From Leucoraja ocellata (lineage: Eukaryota): a DNA stretch of 64,000 nucleotides. The stretch covers positions 2,666,001-2,730,000 of the forward strand of contig JAWMAR010000314.1 of assembly GCA_036785375.1 (NCBI GenBank), read 5' to 3'. The notes beneath the pieces were generated by a model. That model made no database searches, was not told the DNA's origin, and was given only the letters and a program-made list of their open reading frames with translations. Each line of letters opens with the position of its first letter. The first letter of the stretch is position 1. Positions 60,216 through 64,000 of this stretch are shown here, in pieces. Both the position numbers and the translations under genes were made by a program.

Positions 60216-63200
60216 TTACAGGCGACTTATTCTCTGCTCTAACTGCACCAGCTGATTGGCCACATCACTGGGAAGGTCGTTGTTGACTTGCTCATTAAAG
60301 TATCTCCTGATTTCTCTTATTTCCTCTTCCCAGAACTCCCTCTCGACACTGAAGAGCCCCTCCATGTTCACATTGTTCAGGCCCTCCAGGTTCAGGGCAC
60401 CGTCAGCGGGGATGAGGCCAAGGGGAGAGAGCTTGGCGCAGTCCTCTCCCTCGATCCTACGGAACATCCACTCCAGGACCCGCGAGTTCTCACCAAAGCC
60501 GGGCCACAGGTAGTTGTTCTGCTTGTCCTTGCGAAACCAGTTGACGTGGAAGATCTTGGGAAGTCTGCACTGGGGCCTGTGCTCCATGCTGAGCCAGTGC
60601 GACAGGTACTTGCCAAAGTTGTACCCGAAGAAAGGCCTCATGGCAAAAGGGTCGTGCATGATGACCTTACCTGAGGAAGAACGAGAGAGGAGGCGTAAAG
60701 AACTGGTACCGAGAGGAGCACGGGAATGACGGGACTAATGGGATGTTACTTATGGAAACTAACCCCAGTATGCCACAACATTTGTCCTGGATTCAAATGT
60801 TAGGGTAAAGCTCCCTGTCTCACGTTGAACAAAGCTCCATGTTCCTGGCATTCACTTCCCAACATATATTTCAATGTTAGTGCATGTTCTCCTCCAATGT
60901 TATTGTGCTCTGTGCCACTACATTATTGTATTTCACGTCCAATTTAACTTTTTAAAATTTCTAAATGATTTCATTCCGCTCTGCATTACATGTTGCAATG
61001 TTACCCTCCTGTACTGCAGACTACTGGATTGTTAATTGACTGTTGCTCACCTTCCGTCTGTCTGTAACAACAGCGCTACAATACTGTGGTGTTCTCTGTC
61101 TGACTGAACTGTACACTGTCATGGGTCTTGCTGTACAGCACGACCCAGTCTCACTGGACTCCCCACACTCGACTCATTGTACTCCCTGTCCCAGTCTCAC
61201 TCTTATGCTATCAAAATGTACAAGACCTCCCACTTCTGTCGTGGGGTAGACAGACTCCCCTCCTCCTCTCCCCCACCCCCCATCCCCAATCTTTGCACAT
61301 CCCCAATCTTTTCCACTCGGCACTTTAATTTCATGTTTTCTGTTACATGTATCTTGTATTTATGACTGTTGGCAAATCAATTTTCCTCCTGGGATAAATC
61401 AAGTTCTATCATATCGTCTCATACCTTTGTGCTCAGCTGCAGCTGTAGCCTCGGATCTCATGGCTGCTCCGATGAAAACTCCATGCTGCCAGTTGAAGGC
61501 TTCATACACCAGAGGGACACCTGGAGGGACAGGTATCAATATGAAATTGTACATATTGGGAAGAAAACCTACTGCCCTCTAGATTGTAGGATAGGGGAGC
61601 TATCAGTAACTGCCCTGCTTATCATAGGGATTGGATAAGTGACACACATCAGTAGCATGCCACATTATTATGTGTGAGAACTGTGTAATGACTATAATCT
61701 CATGCAGTTCAATTGATTGATTTAAGAGCTTACAATTCCAGCCATTTACTACTTGACTACAGTGGGGGCTCCTCAGCACATTGAGCAGTGGTTCAGTACA
61801 TTGTCATTAACCCACACACTGACCGTCTAATGCTTGTGAGTGCTCCTTTACAGAATACACTTCCATACCTCTCGGCCTCCGCCCTCCAAAGATAATTGCT
61901 TCAATGGGAACGCCATCGGGAGACTCCCAGTCTGGGTCCATGATTGGGCACTGGCTGGCAGGAGAGCAGAACCTGGAGTTGGGGTGTGAACAAGGTTCCC
62001 CATCTTCTGGTGTCCACCTTTTGTTCCTCCAGGAAGTCACTGTGATGTGGGGAGGAAGGGTTTCGTCGATTCCTTCCCAGTAAACGCCACCATCACTGGT
62101 CTCTGCCACGTTGGTGAAAATGGTGTTCTCATGGATGGTTTTCATAGCGTTTGGGTTGGTTTTCACGGATGTCCCGGGGGCAACGCCGAAAAAGCCGTTC
62201 TCTGGGTTGATTGCCCTCAGGATTCCTGTGGAGAGGAGCAGGAAGATCTTTGTTAACAGGGTTAACCATTCTCACACCAGGCACAAGGCTTGGAATAAAT
62301 TGGACAATTTCCTCAATATTATGTTTCATTTGATTTCAACTGTGGAGAATTGTCCAGCATGTGTTCAGCCCCCCCCCCCCCCTCTACTCACCAGCATGTG
62401 TTCAGCCCCCCCCTCCCCCCCTCTACTCACCAGCATGTGTTCAGCCCCCCCCCCCCCTCTACTCACCAGCATGTGTTCAGCCAGCCAGCCCTCGTCCCTG
62501 GCCATCCTCGATGCAATGCGCAGGGCAAAGCATTTCTTCCCCAGCAGCGAGTTGCCGCCGTAGCCACTCCCGTATGAATTGATCTCCATGCGCTGAGGAA
62601 TGTGGGCGACCAGGACGAGCTCCGGGTTGCAGGCCCAGTTATTGACCAGTGGCTCTGCAAGCAAGACGGAGATTGTCACCACAGGCCCAATACAAAGTTT
62701 CTGCCTCAAAGTGCACAACAACCCCTTCCCCCATCATCCACACAGCACAAGCCGTTCAAACAGCAGGACCACACTTACTCTTCAGTGGTAGAGGACAGCC
62801 CACTGAGTGGAGACACTTCACAAACTGGCCGCTGCCCAGCGCCTCCAGCACAGCCGCTCCCATACGTGTCATGATCCTCATGCTGGCTACAACGTAGGGC
62901 GAGTCCGTGAGCTGGACGCCAAACTTGCTCAGAGGCGACTCCACGGGCCCCATGCTGAACGGGATCAGGTACATCGTACGGCCTGGAGATTCAAAGCAAG
63001 GAGGTCAGTCCATGGGCACTGCTGGAGCAGAAGCTCACTGGATAATGCCTTATTACCAAAATGTTAAGGAGAGTTTAAATTTTAATTATTGTACCTCTAC
63101 ACTGTCAAATATGGTAGCATTCCTATATATGTACAAGCTACACTGTGCAATTTGGCAAAGGTCCCACTAATATGTCCAAAGAGCGTTGGCAGGAAATTTG

Positions 63201-63548
63201 TTTGCAATGTCTGTGATTGTCAGCTGCAGGGATCCTAGCTCCTCGGTGTAGATCTGGAACCACCTTAGGTAATTTGAGTGTTGGGAGAGGTGGCCAAATG
63301 CCAGCGTAACTAGTCAACATAAAAGAGTAGCTGGGAGATATTACAGATTGAATCAACGCCTTTTACCTTTCATACACTCTGGGAATCGTGCGGTGAAGGC
63401 CTTCTCAAATTCCTTCTCGGACAGCCATCGGCCCAGCTGGCTCTGTCCGTTCTTCGCTATGGGAACGGTATCCCGCTGTTCAGGGGTCACAATCACCGTT
63501 TGACTCTCCACACGAGCAACATCCTTGGGGTCGGTGCGAGCCAGCCAG
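60216..63548 (-). pseudogene. PCK1: PCK1 copy D; exon 6 deleted, predicted frameshifted pseudogene; 5' part runs past the window end
   Basis: Exons present: 63367-63548, 62779-62982, 62467-62654, 61869-62225, 61425-61520, 60216-60670. At 62354/62355 intron-6 sequence (gagaattgtc) is joined directly to the exon-5 donor repeat, so the 163-nt exon encoding SACGKT and VGDD is missing. Confidence 0.88.
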
Positions 63549-64000
63549 CTGGAGGTGATAAAAGGTGATGAGAACGAGAGGTGGTGACTCCTCCTATAGG
63601 TCAGTCACTGCCCACACTGACAGCCTCACTGCCGCACCGTTGCAATGTTCAGCATTCACAACGACTGCAGATTCTGGTACCGACTGGTCAAAGTGCACAG
63701 GACAATTCTGTAAAGTCGGAGACTTTATGTTGAATATAATGCATGTGTGGTGTAAACTAATAAGGGAGATGGGCAGAGAACTTTATACAACGTGTATTCC
63801 ATCTAAACCTGTGCATGGTGCTGTGTAGCATCACTGAAATTTTACTGGAAATGCTGACATTTGATATCTGTTTGGCATCAATGAATATTCATTAATGAAC
63901 TCGCATTATCTTCCATATCACTTTAAAGCTCGGTGCAGGAGCTAGATCTCTACCCATTCTAACATGACAAGTGTGATAATATGAAGGTCTGGGCAGTTCA

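Larger units (their letters stand above)
55673..64000. repeat. Tandem segmental duplication unit 3 (contains copy D, continues past the window)
   Basis: Same junction gaaagagtc|ctagcaattatag and the same order of elements. Confidence 0.9.

Overview
Vertebrate genomic DNA, most likely a cartilaginous fish such as a skate or ray (inferred from the HE1-like SINEs and the CR1/Rex1/Penelope repeat landscape). The window holds an amplified cluster of cytosolic GTP-dependent phosphoenolpyruvate carboxykinase (PCK1) genes. Copy A is on the + strand (exons 3-10, 301-13049) and has transposon-expanded introns. It faces, tail to tail, a head-to-tail array of at least three compact minus-strand copies in ~10-12 kb units. 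Copy B (37605-42253) has an intact 622-codon ORF but a 330-bp deletion removes its core promoter. Copy C (48869-53632) is intact, with TATTTAAA, CRE and HNF4-like promoter elements. Copy D (60216 to beyond 64000) lacks the catalytic exon 6 and is a pseudogene. All copies lack the intron that separates exons 7 and 8 in mammalian PCK1, and they show patchy gene conversion. Introns and the spacer contain three non-autonomous Helitrons, a structurally complete but decayed DIRS1 retroelement plus a second fragment, a 5'-inverted Rex1/Babar LINE, CR1 fragments, SINEs, a MITE and a 188-N assembly gap.
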